This document shows, one piece after another, positions 20,293 through 30,676 of a DNA stretch of 62,305 nt. Origin of the DNA: Gammaproteobacteria bacterium (lineage in GTDB: Bacteria; Pseudomonadota; Gammaproteobacteria; JAKDMP01); assembly GCA_049581885.1 (NCBI GenBank), contig JBAUSV010000200.1:1-62305 (forward strand), written 5' to 3'. The first letter of the stretch is position 1. Each line of letters opens with the position of its first letter. Below the pieces are notes generated by a model, which was not told the DNA's origin, ran no database searches, and saw only the letters and a list, made by a program, of their open reading frames with translations. Both the position numbers and the translations under genes were made by a program.

Positions 20293-21594
20293 TCAGTCTG
20301 CGGTTTCTTCGGCGGTGGGATTTTCCAGGCTGAACACGCCGCTATCGTAATCGTAAGCGAAGAGTTCCGCATAACGGCCCCAGGCCACCAGCACTTCGAG
20401 TACACGTTCCGCTTCTTCGTCGGTGAAGAATTGGTTCAGCTCGGTGAGGAAGCGTTCCTCGGAGACGCGGTGATCGTCCTCGGCCTCGATGGCCGCGGTG
20501 ATGTGGCGAGCCAGCGGCACGCGCTCCAGCAGCGAGCGACCGAAGATGACCTTGCGCTCCAGGATGTCGGCATCGAGGAAGGCGTTACCGGAGGCAGTGA
20601 GGTGCAGCATGCCGTCGTCGGTGGTGGCGAAGCCGAGCAGTTCAAGCGCCTCGACCAGCGGGAAGATCTCGTCCACTTCCATTTCCAGCTCGTCGGCCAG
20701 GGCGGCCAGCTCCAGCTTGCCGCTGCTGGATTGCTCGCTGACCTCGTCGAGCACACCGAGCATCTGCTGCACGTTGGCGCTCGGCAGGCGGCGGCCGATG
20801 CCCATGGCAGCCAGGGGGCCGACGACCGGCGCCGCCGGTCGGGTCATGATGGCATAGACACGGTCGACCAGGGCGCGGAAGGCCTCGGAGTTGCGATCGC
20901 GTGGATGCGTGAGGCGGATGGGCAGCTCCGCCTTGATCGAGGCCGGGTCGCCGTCGAGGATGAACAGGCGGTCGGCCAGCAGCAATGCTTCCTCGATGCT
21001 GTGAGAGACCATGAGGATCGAGCGCGTGGGGATCTTGCGTTCGCGCCACAGGTCGAGCAAGTCATCGCGCAGCGTCTCGGAGGTCGGGACGTCCAGCGCC
21101 GAGAACGGCTCGTCCATGAGCAGCACGTCGGGCTCGACGACCAGGGCGCGGGCGAATCCGACGCGCTGGCGCATGCCGCCGGACAGCTCCTTCGGGTAGG
21201 CGGACTCGAAGCCGTCGAGGCCGATGAGGTCGATGGCCTCCAGCGTGCGGCGGCGCTGCTCGGCCGGATCGAGGGCCTGCGCTTCCGGGCCAAGGCGTAC
21301 GTTCTCGAACACGTCGAGCCACGGGAACAGGGCGAAACTCTGGAACACCATGCTGATGCCGGGCTCGGTGCCGCGGATGGGCTGGCCCTTGTAGAGCACC
21401 TCCCCCGCCGTCGGCGGCGTGAGGCCCGCGATGATGCGCAACAGCGTGGACTTGCCGGAACCGGACTTGCCGAGCAAGGCAACGATCTGGTTTTCGCGCA
21501 GGGCGAAGTTCACCCCGTCGAGCACCACGATCGGCTGGCGCTCAGGGCCGGTGAACTGCTTGCGGACTTTACGCAACTCGATCAGTGCTGGCAT
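20293..21594 (-). CDS. ABC transporter ATP-binding protein (nitrate/sulfonate/taurine-type cassette) with about 170-aa C-terminal extension
   Basis: Walker A GKSGSGKST, signature LSGGMRQR, Walker B LLMDEPFSALD. An extra non-ABC C-terminal domain follows. Confidence 0.9.
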   Translation of the reverse strand: MPALIELRKVRKQFTGPERQPIVVLDGVNFALRENQIVALLGKSGSGKSTLLRIIAGLTPPTAGEVLYKGQPIRGTEPGISMVFQSFALFPWLDVFENVRLGPEAQALDPAEQRRRTLEAIDLIGLDGFESAYPKELSGGMRQRVGFARALVVEPDVLLMDEPFSALDVPTSETLRDDLLDLWRERKIPTRSILMVSHSIEEALLLADRLFILDGDPASIKAELPIRLTHPRDRNSEAFRALVDRVYAIMTRPAAPVVGPLAAMGIGRRLPSANVQQMLGVLDEVSEQSSSGKLELAALADELEMEVDEIFPLVEALELLGFATTDDGMLHLTASGNAFLDADILERKVIFGRSLLERVPLARHITAAIEAEDDHRVSEERFLTELNQFFTDEEAERVLEVLVAWGRYAELFAYDYDSGVFSLENPTAEETAD

Positions 21595-21598
21595 GGCT

Positions 21599-23332
21599 TC
21601 AGGCCTCCGAGAACCGCTCTTCTGCGAGGCGATACAAGCGCACCCACAATACGCGGTTCATGAGTAAAACATAGATGATCATCACCGCAATGCCAAGTAC
21701 CAGCTTGGGCTGGTTGCCGTTGGCGGTCTGCACGGCGATGTAGGAACCGAGGCCGCTGGCCAGGATGGTATGCCCGCCCCAACTGACGAATTCGGCGACG
21801 ATGCTGGCGTTCCAGGCCGCGCCCGCCGCGGTCAAGCCGCCCGTGACGTAGGCCGGGAAGACGGCGGGCAGGTACAGCCGCCGCCAGCGCCGCCAGCCCT
21901 TGAGCCCGATGCTGTCGGCCACTTCGCGCAGGTCGCCGGGGATCTGCTGGGCGCCCGCGATCACGTTGAACAGGATGTACCACATCGCCCCCAGGATCAT
22001 CAGCGGGCTGAGCCAGATCTGCGGGTTCAGGTGCCAGGCGAGGATGGCGATAACGAAGATCGGGAACAGCAGGTTCGCCGGGAACGCGGAAAGGAACAGC
22101 ACCAGCGGCTGGGCGCGACTCGTGAGCTTCGGGCGCAGCCCGATCTGGATGCCGATGGGCACCCAGACGAGGCTTGCCAGGAAGACCAGCACGACGACTC
22201 GCACCAGGGTATAGAAGCCGATCAGGAACACATGCCCGACTTCGGCGACACCCGCCCCGCGCATGATGTAGCGAGCGAGGAAAAAGACCGTCACCACGGA
22301 GACTACGCCGAGGCCGATATTCCAGGTGGTTTCGCTGATGCGCGGCTTGATCCGCACAATGCGGGCCCGCTCGCGCTGCGGACGCAGGATGCGCGGTACC
22401 CGGCTGCGGCGAAAGCGCAGGAGCCACCGGCGGACAAGATCGGTGACCGCGCCGACGAAGGCGCTGCGGCGCAGCAAATCGAGCATCCACGAGGTCGGCT
22501 CGTCGCCCTCGGTGGGATGCATCTTGAACTTCTCGGCCCAAGCCACCAAGGGGCGGAAGGCGAGCTGGTCGTAGAGCATGATCACGATGAACATCGCGAA
22601 GATCGCCCAGCCGATGGCGCCGAGGTTGCGGTGCAGGATCGCCACGCTGATGTAGGAACCGATGCCCGGCAACAGTATCTTGTGCCCCGACGCCGTAATC
22701 GCCTCCGCGGCCACGACGAAGAACCATCCGCCCGAGACCGACATCATCGTGTTCCACACAAGCTGCGGCATGGCGTGCGGCAACTCCAGGCGGATGAAAC
22801 GCTGCCAGCGCGAGAGCTGGAACACGGCCGCCGCGCGAGAGAGTTCCTTCGGCAGGGTTTTCAGCGAATAGTAATAGCTGAAGGCCATGTTCCAGACCTG
22901 GGAGGTGAAGATGCCGAAGATCGCCGCGAGCTCCGCCCCCAGCATGACATTGTGGAAAATCTTCAAGGCCCACAGGAGAGCCACGGAGAGAAAACCCAGG
23001 ATGGGCACCGACTGGCCGATATCCATCAACGGGATGAGGATCCTTTCCGCGCGCCGGCTCTTGGCGGCCCAGCTGCCCACGACCAGGGTAAACACTATGG
23101 ACACCACGATGGCGGCGAGCATGCGCAGCGTCGACTTCAGCGCATAGAGCGGGAGCAGCGCCGGATTGAGCGAAATGCTCGCCGGTCCGCCGATGTGCAC
23201 GGCCGCCGGCGTCTGGCTGCCCGCCCAGGCCAACAGGAAGAACACGCCGATCACCAGCGGCAGGAGCACTAGATCCCACCGGCTGACCCAGGAGCGGGAA
23301 GCGAACGGCCGTTCCGGGAACAGTTCTGGCAC
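21599..23332 (-). CDS. ABC transporter permease, duplicated (two fused permease modules)
   Basis: 577 aa with about 12 TM segments in two similar halves. GTG start. Stop lies 4 nt before the ATPase gene start. Confidence 0.85.
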   Translation of the reverse strand: MPELFPERPFASRSWVSRWDLVLLPLVIGVFFLLAWAGSQTPAAVHIGGPASISLNPALLPLYALKSTLRMLAAIVVSIVFTLVVGSWAAKSRRAERILIPLMDIGQSVPILGFLSVALLWALKIFHNVMLGAELAAIFGIFTSQVWNMAFSYYYSLKTLPKELSRAAAVFQLSRWQRFIRLELPHAMPQLVWNTMMSVSGGWFFVVAAEAITASGHKILLPGIGSYISVAILHRNLGAIGWAIFAMFIVIMLYDQLAFRPLVAWAEKFKMHPTEGDEPTSWMLDLLRRSAFVGAVTDLVRRWLLRFRRSRVPRILRPQRERARIVRIKPRISETTWNIGLGVVSVVTVFFLARYIMRGAGVAEVGHVFLIGFYTLVRVVVLVFLASLVWVPIGIQIGLRPKLTSRAQPLVLFLSAFPANLLFPIFVIAILAWHLNPQIWLSPLMILGAMWYILFNVIAGAQQIPGDLREVADSIGLKGWRRWRRLYLPAVFPAYVTGGLTAAGAAWNASIVAEFVSWGGHTILASGLGSYIAVQTANGNQPKLVLGIAVMIIYVLLMNRVLWVRLYRLAEERFSEA

Positions 23333-23401
23333 GGTTCGACCCTCGCTTGGCTACCTGAGCCCGTCGAAGAAAATGCGCTCCCATGGCGCACGCATCAATC
23401 A

Positions 23402-23429
23402 ATTATACGAGTGCAAGCGATTTATTGAA
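23402..23429 (-). promoter_or_regulatory. candidate sigma70-type promoter for the ABC operon (TTCAAT-16 nt-TATAAT)
   Basis: Read on the minus strand. The -10 is a perfect TATAAT (23402-23407) about 70 nt upstream of the GTG start. The -35 is weak. Confidence 0.3.
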
Positions 23430-23613
23430 CTTTTCAGAAGCAGGCGTGTGCACTCAAAGCTTTCATAACTTGCCCCGTCCACCGGCATAAAATGATCCTA
23501 CTCGCCCCATGCGAGGCTTGGAACCTCGCTGCACTGCTGTGCTCGGCGGCCCTGAGAGGACTCATCCGATCCGAGAGGGGAGAAAAGAAAACGTTTCGTC
23601 CCGAGGCCTGCTC

Positions 23614-24225
23614 TTAAGGATTCAACAACTCGAACTGCCAGTTACCCGATTCGGGGTCGAGAAAGTAGCGCTCGCGTTCGTTCAACCGCCCTTCACCGGG
23701 CGACCAGAATTCGATCAGATCGGGCACCAGGCAATAGCCGCCCCAATGCGGCGGGCGGGGCACCTCTTGCCCTGCATACTGCAATTCCAACTCACACAGG
23801 CGCGCTTCCAGCTCGGTGCGAGCAGCCAATGGGCGCGATTGAGCCGAAGCCCAGGCACCCAGTTGGGCACGACGATTGCGTGTAGCGAAATAGGCATCGG
23901 ATGTGTCCGCATCCAGCCGATGCACCTGTCCCTCCACCGTAACCTGACGCCGCAAAGTGCGCCAGAAAAAACACAACGCCGCCTGCGGGTTAGTCTCCAG
24001 ATCGTTGCCCTTGCGGCTTTCGTAGTTGGTGTAGAACACAAAACCCGTTTCGTCGGCGCGCTTGAGTAGTACCGTGCGAGCGCGGACCCGACCCTGCGCC
24101 GAAACCGTGGCCAAGGTCATCGCATCGCTTTCCCACGGCTCGTCTGCCCGCGCTCGATTCCACAGTTCATGGAAGCGCGCGAGAGCGTCGTGTAGCCCGG
24201 TCGAGCCTTGGGTGTCCAGATTCAT
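23614..24225 (-). CDS. pdxH: pyridoxamine 5'-phosphate oxidase
   Basis: 203 aa. C-terminal motifs HWGGY...IEFW.G...RLNERERY typical of PdxH. Confidence 0.9.
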   Translation of the reverse strand: MNLDTQGSTGLHDALARFHELWNRARADEPWESDAMTLATVSAQGRVRARTVLLKRADETGFVFYTNYESRKGNDLETNPQAALCFFWRTLRRQVTVEGQVHRLDADTSDAYFATRNRRAQLGAWASAQSRPLAARTELEARLCELELQYAGQEVPRPPHWGGYCLVPDLIEFWSPGEGRLNERERYFLDPESGNWQFELLNP

Positions 24226-24367
24226 ACAAAACCACGTTGACGTAAATGCGTGAATTATAAGGGAACTTTGCGATTTGTCTTTTTGCCCCGTTGATTTTAT
24301 TTGTAAAAAGTAACAAAGTGCACCAGCCGGCCCATGCCGGTACTATTCACAAACAAGGGGTTCATTC

Positions 24368-26014
24368 ATGGCAGGACCAACCAAGCTACGCCGCGACGCC
24401 GGTGTCATCGGCCTTCTCTACGCCAGCCTCGGCAGCATCATCGGCTCAGGCTGGCTGTTCGGGGCGCTGCACGCGGCGGTGCAGGCCGGACCGCTCTCGG
24501 TCTTTTCCTGGATCGTCGGCGCCGTTGCCATCCTGCTCCTCGCCTTCGTGTTCGCGGAACTGTCCACGATGTTTCCCAACTCCGGCGCATTGGTACACAT
24601 GACGCACGTGAGCCACGGCGACCTGGTCGGGAAAATCTGGAGCTGGATTCTTTTCCTTGCCTTCACCTCGGTCCCGCCGGTAGAAGTAATCGCGGTACTG
24701 ACCTACGCCAACAGCTACATACCCGGCCTGATCCACGCCGGCACCGGACTGCTGACCGCCTGGGGTTTTGCCGCCGCCATCGTGCTGCTTGCCTTCGTCG
24801 TTGCACTCAACTTCCTCGCCGTGCGCTGGGTGATCGCGATAAACAGCGCGGCTACTTGGTGGAAACTGCTGATTCCCATCGCCACCATCGGCGTCCTGCT
24901 GGCCTATTCCTTCCACCCCGGCAATATGACCTCCGAGGTGAGCAGCGTGCCCGTTTCGGGCATCTTCACGGCCGTGGCGACGGCGGGCATCGTCTTCAGC
25001 TACCTCGGCTTCCAGCAGGCCATTGCGCTCGCCGGCGAAACGCGCAAGCCGGGCCGCAACATTCCGATCGCGCTCGTGGGATCGGTGGTCATTGGTGCGT
25101 TGATCTATGTCGGCCTGCAGGTCGCCTTCATCCTCGCACTCAAGCCCGCCGATATGGCAGAAGGCTGGACGCACCTGCACTTCAACGGCATGTTCGGGCC
25201 GTTGGCCTCGATCGCGCTCGCCGTCGGCGCCGGTTGGTGGGCTGTGCTGCTCTACATCGATGCCTTCGTGTCGCCTCTCGGCACCGCTTTCATCTACGCC
25301 ACCGCCAGCCCCCGCATCACCATGGCTGCGGGCGAGATGGGCAACGCCCCCAGGCACGTGATCAAACTCAACCGTCACGGCGTGCCCTGGATCGGACTGA
25401 TCGTGGCCTACCTGGTCGGCGTAATCTTCTTCTTCCCGTTCCCGTCCTGGCAAAAACTGGTCACCGCAGTCTCGCTCATCACCGTGCTCTCCTACGGCAT
25501 CGGTCCGGTGATCCTGCTCAGCCTGCGCCGGTCGCTGCCGAACGCGGAGCGCCCCTTCCGCCTGAAAGCCGTGCGCATCATCTCCGCCCTGGCCTTCATC
25601 GCGGCCAACTGGATCATCTACTGGACGGGCTACGAGACGGTGATCGTGTTGTTCATCTTCGTCGCCGTCTACGTGGTGGGCTATCTCGCCTGGCACATGG
25701 TCAAGTTCCTGATGGGCAAAGGCAGTTCCCTGGCCACACTGGACTGGAAGCACGCCTGGTGGCTCCTGCCCTACTTCGTCGGCATGTGGGCCATCAGCTA
25801 CCTCGGCCCCACGGGCACCATGGGCGGCATCGGCGTGTACGGTTTCTTCACCGGCATGTGGATCCTCGTCGCGTTCAGCATCGTTATACTGTTGCTGGCC
25901 ACAGCCGCGGCTCAGGGACCGGAGGCAGCGGAACGCGCCGACGCACTGGTTCGCACGCTGGGTTCACGGGGTGATGAGGAGATCATCGAAGCCGCGGCCG
26001 AAACGGCCCCTTGA
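24368..26014 (+). CDS. APC-superfamily amino acid/polyamine permease
   Basis: 548 aa, about 12 TM, N-terminal IGSGWLFG motif. Paralogue of 37684-39282. Confidence 0.85.
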   Translation: MAGPTKLRRDAGVIGLLYASLGSIIGSGWLFGALHAAVQAGPLSVFSWIVGAVAILLLAFVFAELSTMFPNSGALVHMTHVSHGDLVGKIWSWILFLAFTSVPPVEVIAVLTYANSYIPGLIHAGTGLLTAWGFAAAIVLLAFVVALNFLAVRWVIAINSAATWWKLLIPIATIGVLLAYSFHPGNMTSEVSSVPVSGIFTAVATAGIVFSYLGFQQAIALAGETRKPGRNIPIALVGSVVIGALIYVGLQVAFILALKPADMAEGWTHLHFNGMFGPLASIALAVGAGWWAVLLYIDAFVSPLGTAFIYATASPRITMAAGEMGNAPRHVIKLNRHGVPWIGLIVAYLVGVIFFFPFPSWQKLVTAVSLITVLSYGIGPVILLSLRRSLPNAERPFRLKAVRIISALAFIAANWIIYWTGYETVIVLFIFVAVYVVGYLAWHMVKFLMGKGSSLATLDWKHAWWLLPYFVGMWAISYLGPTGTMGGIGVYGFFTGMWILVAFSIVILLLATAAAQGPEAAERADALVRTLGSRGDEEIIEAAAETAP

Positions 26015-26016
26015 CG

Positions 26017-26154
26017 GGTCGCTTCTAAGCGTAGCGAACGAAGGCAGGCTGCACGTGCCCGAAACGCAGGAAACACAGTGTACAAGTGGTACATGAGCAT
26101 TCCGAGCACCGGACACGTGCAGCCTCTGTCGAGCGCAGTAGCTCAGAAGCGACC
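26017..26154. repeat. 138-nt imperfect inverted repeat (long hairpin)
   Basis: Outer arms ggtcgcttct(a)agc / gct(c)agaagcgacc. Inner arms aggctgcacgtg / cacgtgcagcct. Centre lies near 26085. Confidence 0.7.
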
Positions 26155-26217
26155 TGTCACTCCAATACACTCCCTGAGTCCGCTGAATCGGGCCAAGTGC
26201 AAAAATCTGTTTAAGAG

Positions 26218-26469
26218 ATGAGTATTGGCGATGTTGTTGGGGTATTGGGGGCGGTTGCGGTGCTGGCGGGGTATTTGTTGCTGCAGTTGGAGCGACTGAC
26301 CCGGAGCGATTGGTCTTTCCTGCTGCTCAACCTGTTCGGCTCGGCCGGCATCCTGTGCTCGCTCGCCTTCAAGTTCAATCTCTCGGCGGCACTCATCGAG
26401 GCCTTCTGGTTTGCAATCAGCCTCTATGGCCTTGCCCGTCTCGCGTTCAAACGGCGCAGGGCGTCATGA
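26218..26469 (+). CDS. small 3-TM membrane protein, paralogue A
   Basis: 83 aa with three hydrophobic helices. About 45 percent identical by eye to the next ORF. Confidence 0.65.
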   Translation: MSIGDVVGVLGAVAVLAGYLLLQLERLTRSDWSFLLLNLFGSAGILCSLAFKFNLSAALIEAFWFAISLYGLARLAFKRRRAS

Positions 26470-26711
26470 TCTTCGACGTGTTGGGCGTGCTCGGCGTGCT
26501 GATGGTGCTCGGCTGCTTCTTTGCGCTGGTAGCCGAGCGCATGCGCGAGAGCGGCCCCGCCTACCTTGCGCTCAACATCCTAGGCTCGGCACTTATACTG
26601 GTTTCTCTCGCGCACCACTTCAACCTCGCCGCCACCATCATGCAGGGTGCCTGGATTGCGATCACCCTCGCCGGCATACTTTTCCGCCAGCGCAAACAGC
26701 AACGCGAATAA
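26466..26711 (+). CDS. small 3-TM membrane protein, paralogue B
   Basis: 81 aa. Start ATG overlaps the stop of paralogue A (ATGA). Shared pattern DV.GVLG..VL....ER......L.LN..GSA.IL.SLA..FNL.A. Confidence 0.65.
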   Translation: MIFDVLGVLGVLMVLGCFFALVAERMRESGPAYLALNILGSALILVSLAHHFNLAATIMQGAWIAITLAGILFRQRKQQRE

Positions 26712-26785
26712 CCGCCGCCTGCAAATGGGTTCACAAAGCCGAGTCGTGGTGTTATAGTTGACTAAGACACACGGGGTTAACCACC

Positions 26786-27508
26786 ATGACCGATACTGAA
26801 AACACCGCTGACGCGGGCTCCCAATCTTCGGCCCTTTCCCAGCTCGCCAACCTGTTCGTGGCGCCTTCGCAGGCACTCGACTATGCGGATCATCACCCGA
26901 AAATGTGGTGGCTCCCGCTCGGCATCTTGTTGCTCCTCAATGCCGCGATAGGCATTTGGGTGGCACTCACAATAAACTTGGCCGCCATGCACGCCATGAT
27001 GGTCGCTGCCATCAAAAAAGCCAATCCAGAACACGCTGAACAAGCAATCCGGCTTATTTCCAACCATGGCCGCGGCTATGTGATCCTGGGCGTAGTCATC
27101 GGCCTCATCGCGTTGGTGTTTATCGAACTGATCTACGCACTGTACCTGTTTCTCGCCGACAAGATAGTTTCTGCCGACAGCCGCAGCTTCGGACGCTGGT
27201 TCTCGTTCACCACCTGGACCTGGCTGCCGATCTCGCTCGCCTATATTGCTGCGATGATTGCCTGGGGCGTATCGAGTCACAGCGGCGCGTTCGCGCAGGG
27301 CGACGTCACTAGCCTGAACGCGCTTTTCTTTCACCTCCAACCGCAGGATCGTCTTTTCAAACTCGCCCAATTTTCGATCCTACAGTTCTGGGTGATCGGA
27401 CTCGTGGTCTATGGCCTCAAACGATGGTGCCGACATGGTACAGGCAAGGCGGTCACCATCGCACTCATACCGTATATAGTCGTGTACGGCCTCATTTTCC
27501 TGCTCTGA
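26786..27508 (+). CDS. polytopic membrane protein, Yip1-like
   Basis: 240 aa. Soluble N-terminal about 35 aa (...LANLFVAPSQAL), then 5 TM segments. Family assignment is from general architecture only. Confidence 0.5.
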   Translation: MTDTENTADAGSQSSALSQLANLFVAPSQALDYADHHPKMWWLPLGILLLLNAAIGIWVALTINLAAMHAMMVAAIKKANPEHAEQAIRLISNHGRGYVILGVVIGLIALVFIELIYALYLFLADKIVSADSRSFGRWFSFTTWTWLPISLAYIAAMIAWGVSSHSGAFAQGDVTSLNALFFHLQPQDRLFKLAQFSILQFWVIGLVVYGLKRWCRHGTGKAVTIALIPYIVVYGLIFLL

Positions 27509-27518
27509 GGCCAATTCG

Positions 27519-28730
27519 ATGAAACGCAAATGGCTCGTCGCCGCTGGCATCGCCGCGCTTATCGTCATCATTGTGGTACTCGCGGTTTCACATCGTGGGA
27601 GCAATGCCCTCAAGGTCACCACCGAGAAAGTCGCTCCACGCTCAGTCAAGAGTTCGGTGCTTGCCTCCGGGCAATTCGCCTACAAGGACCAAGTGGAACT
27701 GCGCTCACAGGTCAGTGGCCAGTTGGTGTCGGTGCCAATCCAGGAAGGCGATCAAGTCAAGCAGGGTGAAGTGGTCCTGCAGATCGATCCCAACACCTAC
27801 CAGGCCAATGTGGATCAGCAAAAAGCGCAGGTGGAGTTGCAGCAAGACGCCATCCAGGAAGCCAAACTGAAACTCGACAACCTGAAAAAACAGTGGGATC
27901 GCAATACCAAGCTGTTCAAGCAGGGGCTGATCGACGCCAACAGCTACGACACCCTGACCAACCAGTACCACCTTGCCCAAGTGGCCGTGGCCTCGTCGGA
28001 GAAATCGCTTTCGCTGGCCAAGGCACAGCTCAGCTATGCCAAGGAGCAGCTTGCCAAGACCGTGATCCGCTCGCCACTCGACGGCGTCGTGACCGAGCTC
28101 GACGTCAAGGTCGGCGAATCGGTCATTCCGGGCACGCCAAACATCCCGGGCTCCACCCTGATGGGCATCGGCGATCCGGCAAACCTGCTCGCCGAAGTCA
28201 ATGTGGACGAAGCGGATATTGCCCACATCCAGGTCGGTGAGGCGGCGGAAGTCACCTCCACGGCCTACCCCAACATAGCGCTTAAAGGTACGGTGCGCTT
28301 TGTCGCCCCGGCGGCCACCACCATGCCGGGCCAACAGGGCCAGGGGTTTCTGGTCAAGATCCGTATCACGCACCCTGAGAAGCTGGACATTCGACCGGGC
28401 ATGACGTGCCGTGCGGAAATTTACTCCCAGACCACAAAGGATACGCTTGCAGTGCCGGTCGCTGCCATCCTGTTTTCCGACAAGGCCAGCCAGACAAAGT
28501 CCCTGTTCAATGCGAACGGGGCCTACGTCTTTGTGGATGATAATGGCAAGGCCAAACGCGTAGACGTCACGCTCGGCATATCGAGCGATACGTGGCAAGT
28601 CGTCAAATCCGGGCTGAAAGCCGGGGAGCTAGTCATCTCCGGACCTTACGATGTGCTGCACACGCTCGCCAACGGCAGCGAGATCGAAGCCTCAACGGAG
28701 GCTCCGGCACCGGTCCCGCAAAGTGGCTGA
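27519..28730 (+). CDS. periplasmic adaptor (membrane fusion protein), HlyD/MacA family
   Basis: N-terminal TM anchor, coiled-coil hairpin ([26 protein letters not shown]), barrel-sandwich motifs IRSPLDGVV and DV.VGE.V. Confidence 0.85.
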   Translation: MKRKWLVAAGIAALIVIIVVLAVSHRGSNALKVTTEKVAPRSVKSSVLASGQFAYKDQVELRSQVSGQLVSVPIQEGDQVKQGEVVLQIDPNTYQANVDQQKAQVELQQDAIQEAKLKLDNLKKQWDRNTKLFKQGLIDANSYDTLTNQYHLAQVAVASSEKSLSLAKAQLSYAKEQLAKTVIRSPLDGVVTELDVKVGESVIPGTPNIPGSTLMGIGDPANLLAEVNVDEADIAHIQVGEAAEVTSTAYPNIALKGTVRFVAPAATTMPGQQGQGFLVKIRITHPEKLDIRPGMTCRAEIYSQTTKDTLAVPVAAILFSDKASQTKSLFNANGAYVFVDDNGKAKRVDVTLGISSDTWQVVKSGLKAGELVISGPYDVLHTLANGSEIEASTEAPAPVPQSG

Positions 28731-29454
28731 GAAGTCGGGTTCGACCGTTCTTAGCCTGCGCGGCATCACCAAGGATTACCGCATGGGCGATACCACCATG
28801 CGCGTGTTGCACGGTATCGACTGCGAAGTGGCCAGGGGCGAATACCTCGCCATTATCGGCCCATCGGGATCGGGGAAATCCACGCTGATGAATATAGTCG
28901 GCTGTCTGGATCATCCGAGCGGTGGCAGTTATCACTTGAACGGCACCGACGTAGGAAAACTCGCGGACGACGAGCTGGCCCTGATCCGCAACCGGGAAAT
29001 CGGCTTTATTTTCCAGAGTTTCAACCTGCTCGCCCGCCAGGACGCCCTGCACAATGTGATGCAGCCTCTGGTCTATCGTGGACTGCGCCACAGCGAACGG
29101 CGCAAGCGCGCTACGGCTGCACTCTCCAACGTGGGACTCGCCGACCGCCTGCACCACCGGCCCAACCAGCTTTCGGGGGGTCAACGTCAACGCGTCGCCG
29201 TCGCCCGTGCGCTGGTCGGAGAGCCGGCCATGATTCTTGCCGACGAACCTACGGGTAATCTCGACTCGCGCACCAGCGAAGAAATCATGCGCCTGTTCGA
29301 TGAGCTGAACGCGCGTGGCCACACTATCGTCATCGTGACCCACGAGCCCGATATTGCCGAGCATACCCGGCGCATCGTGCGCCTGCGCGACGGCTACGTG
29401 GAAAGCGACGCGCCGACCGGCGCCACCGGAGATTACCATGCTCGGCCTGCTTGA
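28723..29454 (+). CDS. ABC transporter ATP-binding protein, MacB/LolD type
   Basis: [38 protein letters not shown] 28723 overlaps the adaptor stop. Confidence 0.9.
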   Translation: MAEKSGSTVLSLRGITKDYRMGDTTMRVLHGIDCEVARGEYLAIIGPSGSGKSTLMNIVGCLDHPSGGSYHLNGTDVGKLADDELALIRNREIGFIFQSFNLLARQDALHNVMQPLVYRGLRHSERRKRATAALSNVGLADRLHHRPNQLSGGQRQRVAVARALVGEPAMILADEPTGNLDSRTSEEIMRLFDELNARGHTIVIVTHEPDIAEHTRRIVRLRDGYVESDAPTGATGDYHARPA

Positions 29455-30664
29455 AAGCCTGCTCGCGGCGCTCGCCGCCATCCGCGCCCACGCGCTGCGT
29501 AGTGTGCTCACCACGCTGGGCATCATCATCGGCGTCGCCGCCGTCATTGCCGTGGTTTCGGTGATCCAGGGCTTCGGTGTTTTCGTGGGCGGACTATTTC
29601 AGGGGCTGGGCGCCAACAGCATCATCATCTACCCCAATCAGACTCGCGAGCAATACCTTTCGGGTCAAATCGCACGTCTGAGCGAATCCGATTTGTACAC
29701 CGTACAGCACGACGTCGCCGGCATCGGCAATATCTCACCTGTCCTTTATGTTTCACGATTCGGGGGCAGCGTGTCATGGCACGGCACCAGCACCAGCAGT
29801 GAAATCGTGGGCACGACCAAGAGCTATGCCAAGGCGCGCCAGGCCATCCCCGTCATGGGCCGCTTCATCGTACCGACCGACAACTTGCAGCATCGCCGGG
29901 TATGCGTCATCGGCCGCACCGTACTCGATGAATTGGATCTGCCGGCCAATCCGCTCGGAAAATACATCAAGGCCGGAGGCGAATGGTGCCGCGTCGTCGG
30001 TGTACTCAAAAAACGTGGGACCGTGTTCGGCAACGACTTCGACAATATCGTCATCATGCCCTACGCCACAGCACGCAGTATCCTCGGCGCTTCTCAACCG
30101 CCGAACCTGATGATTCAGCTTACAGTAAACAACATTAAAAAAATGAGCGCAACGGTCGGACGTATCGAACAGGTCATCTCGCGCAACCACCGCCTGCACG
30201 GCCAACCCCCACACAACTTCAAGGTTCAAACCGCCAAGCAATCCGCCCAGAGCTTTACATCGATACTGAACACAGTGACGTTTATCATGGGCGGCATTGT
30301 GGCGATTTCACTGCTCGTCGGCGGCATCGGCATCGCCAATATCATGCTGGTGTCGGTCACCGAACGCACGCGCGAAATCGGCATATTGAAGGCGCTGGGT
30401 GCGCGCCGCAAGGACATCCTGCTGCAGTTCCTGATCGAAGCGGTGGTGCTTTCCTTCCTCGGGGGGATCGTCGGAACCATACTCGGCTGGTTGCTGGGGA
30501 TGCTTGCGGTCAGTCTGATACCGGGACTTTCCGTAGCGCACGTGCCCGGATGGGCGATAGCGCTGGCATTCGGCGTCGCCGGGGGCACAGGCATTATCTT
30601 CGGCATCCTGCCCGCGGCGAAGGCCGCCAACCTGAATCCGATCGATGCCTTGCGCTACGAATAA
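29438..30664 (+). CDS. ABC transporter permease, MacB/FtsX type (4 TM with periplasmic domain)
   Basis: Start [34 protein letters not shown]-terminal FtsX-like block [17 protein letters not shown]. Overlaps the ATPase gene by 17 nt. Confidence 0.9.
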   Translation: MLGLLESLLAALAAIRAHALRSVLTTLGIIIGVAAVIAVVSVIQGFGVFVGGLFQGLGANSIIIYPNQTREQYLSGQIARLSESDLYTVQHDVAGIGNISPVLYVSRFGGSVSWHGTSTSSEIVGTTKSYAKARQAIPVMGRFIVPTDNLQHRRVCVIGRTVLDELDLPANPLGKYIKAGGEWCRVVGVLKKRGTVFGNDFDNIVIMPYATARSILGASQPPNLMIQLTVNNIKKMSATVGRIEQVISRNHRLHGQPPHNFKVQTAKQSAQSFTSILNTVTFIMGGIVAISLLVGGIGIANIMLVSVTERTREIGILKALGARRKDILLQFLIEAVVLSFLGGIVGTILGWLLGMLAVSLIPGLSVAHVPGWAIALAFGVAGGTGIIFGILPAAKAANLNPIDALRYE

Positions 30665-30676
30665 CGACGCCATGCA

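Noticed and set aside
20251-21663. 470-aa ORF on the plus strand
   Set aside because: It is entirely antisense to the well-supported ABC ATPase gene. Its composition is dominated by Ala/Gly/Arg/Asp/Glu with no motifs, a typical shadow ORF of GC-rich DNA.
21770-23272. 500-aa plus-strand ORF and the 606-aa minus-strand ORF 21582-23402
   Set aside because: Both overlap the duplicated ABC permease frame. They encode low-complexity Arg/Pro/His-rich sequence. The permease frame alone gives regular TM helices.
24446-25753. 435-aa minus-strand ORF, plus 24334-25974 in an alternative plus frame
   Set aside because: Both overlap the APC permease. Only the 24368-26014 frame yields 12 hydrophobic helices and the GSGWLFG motif.
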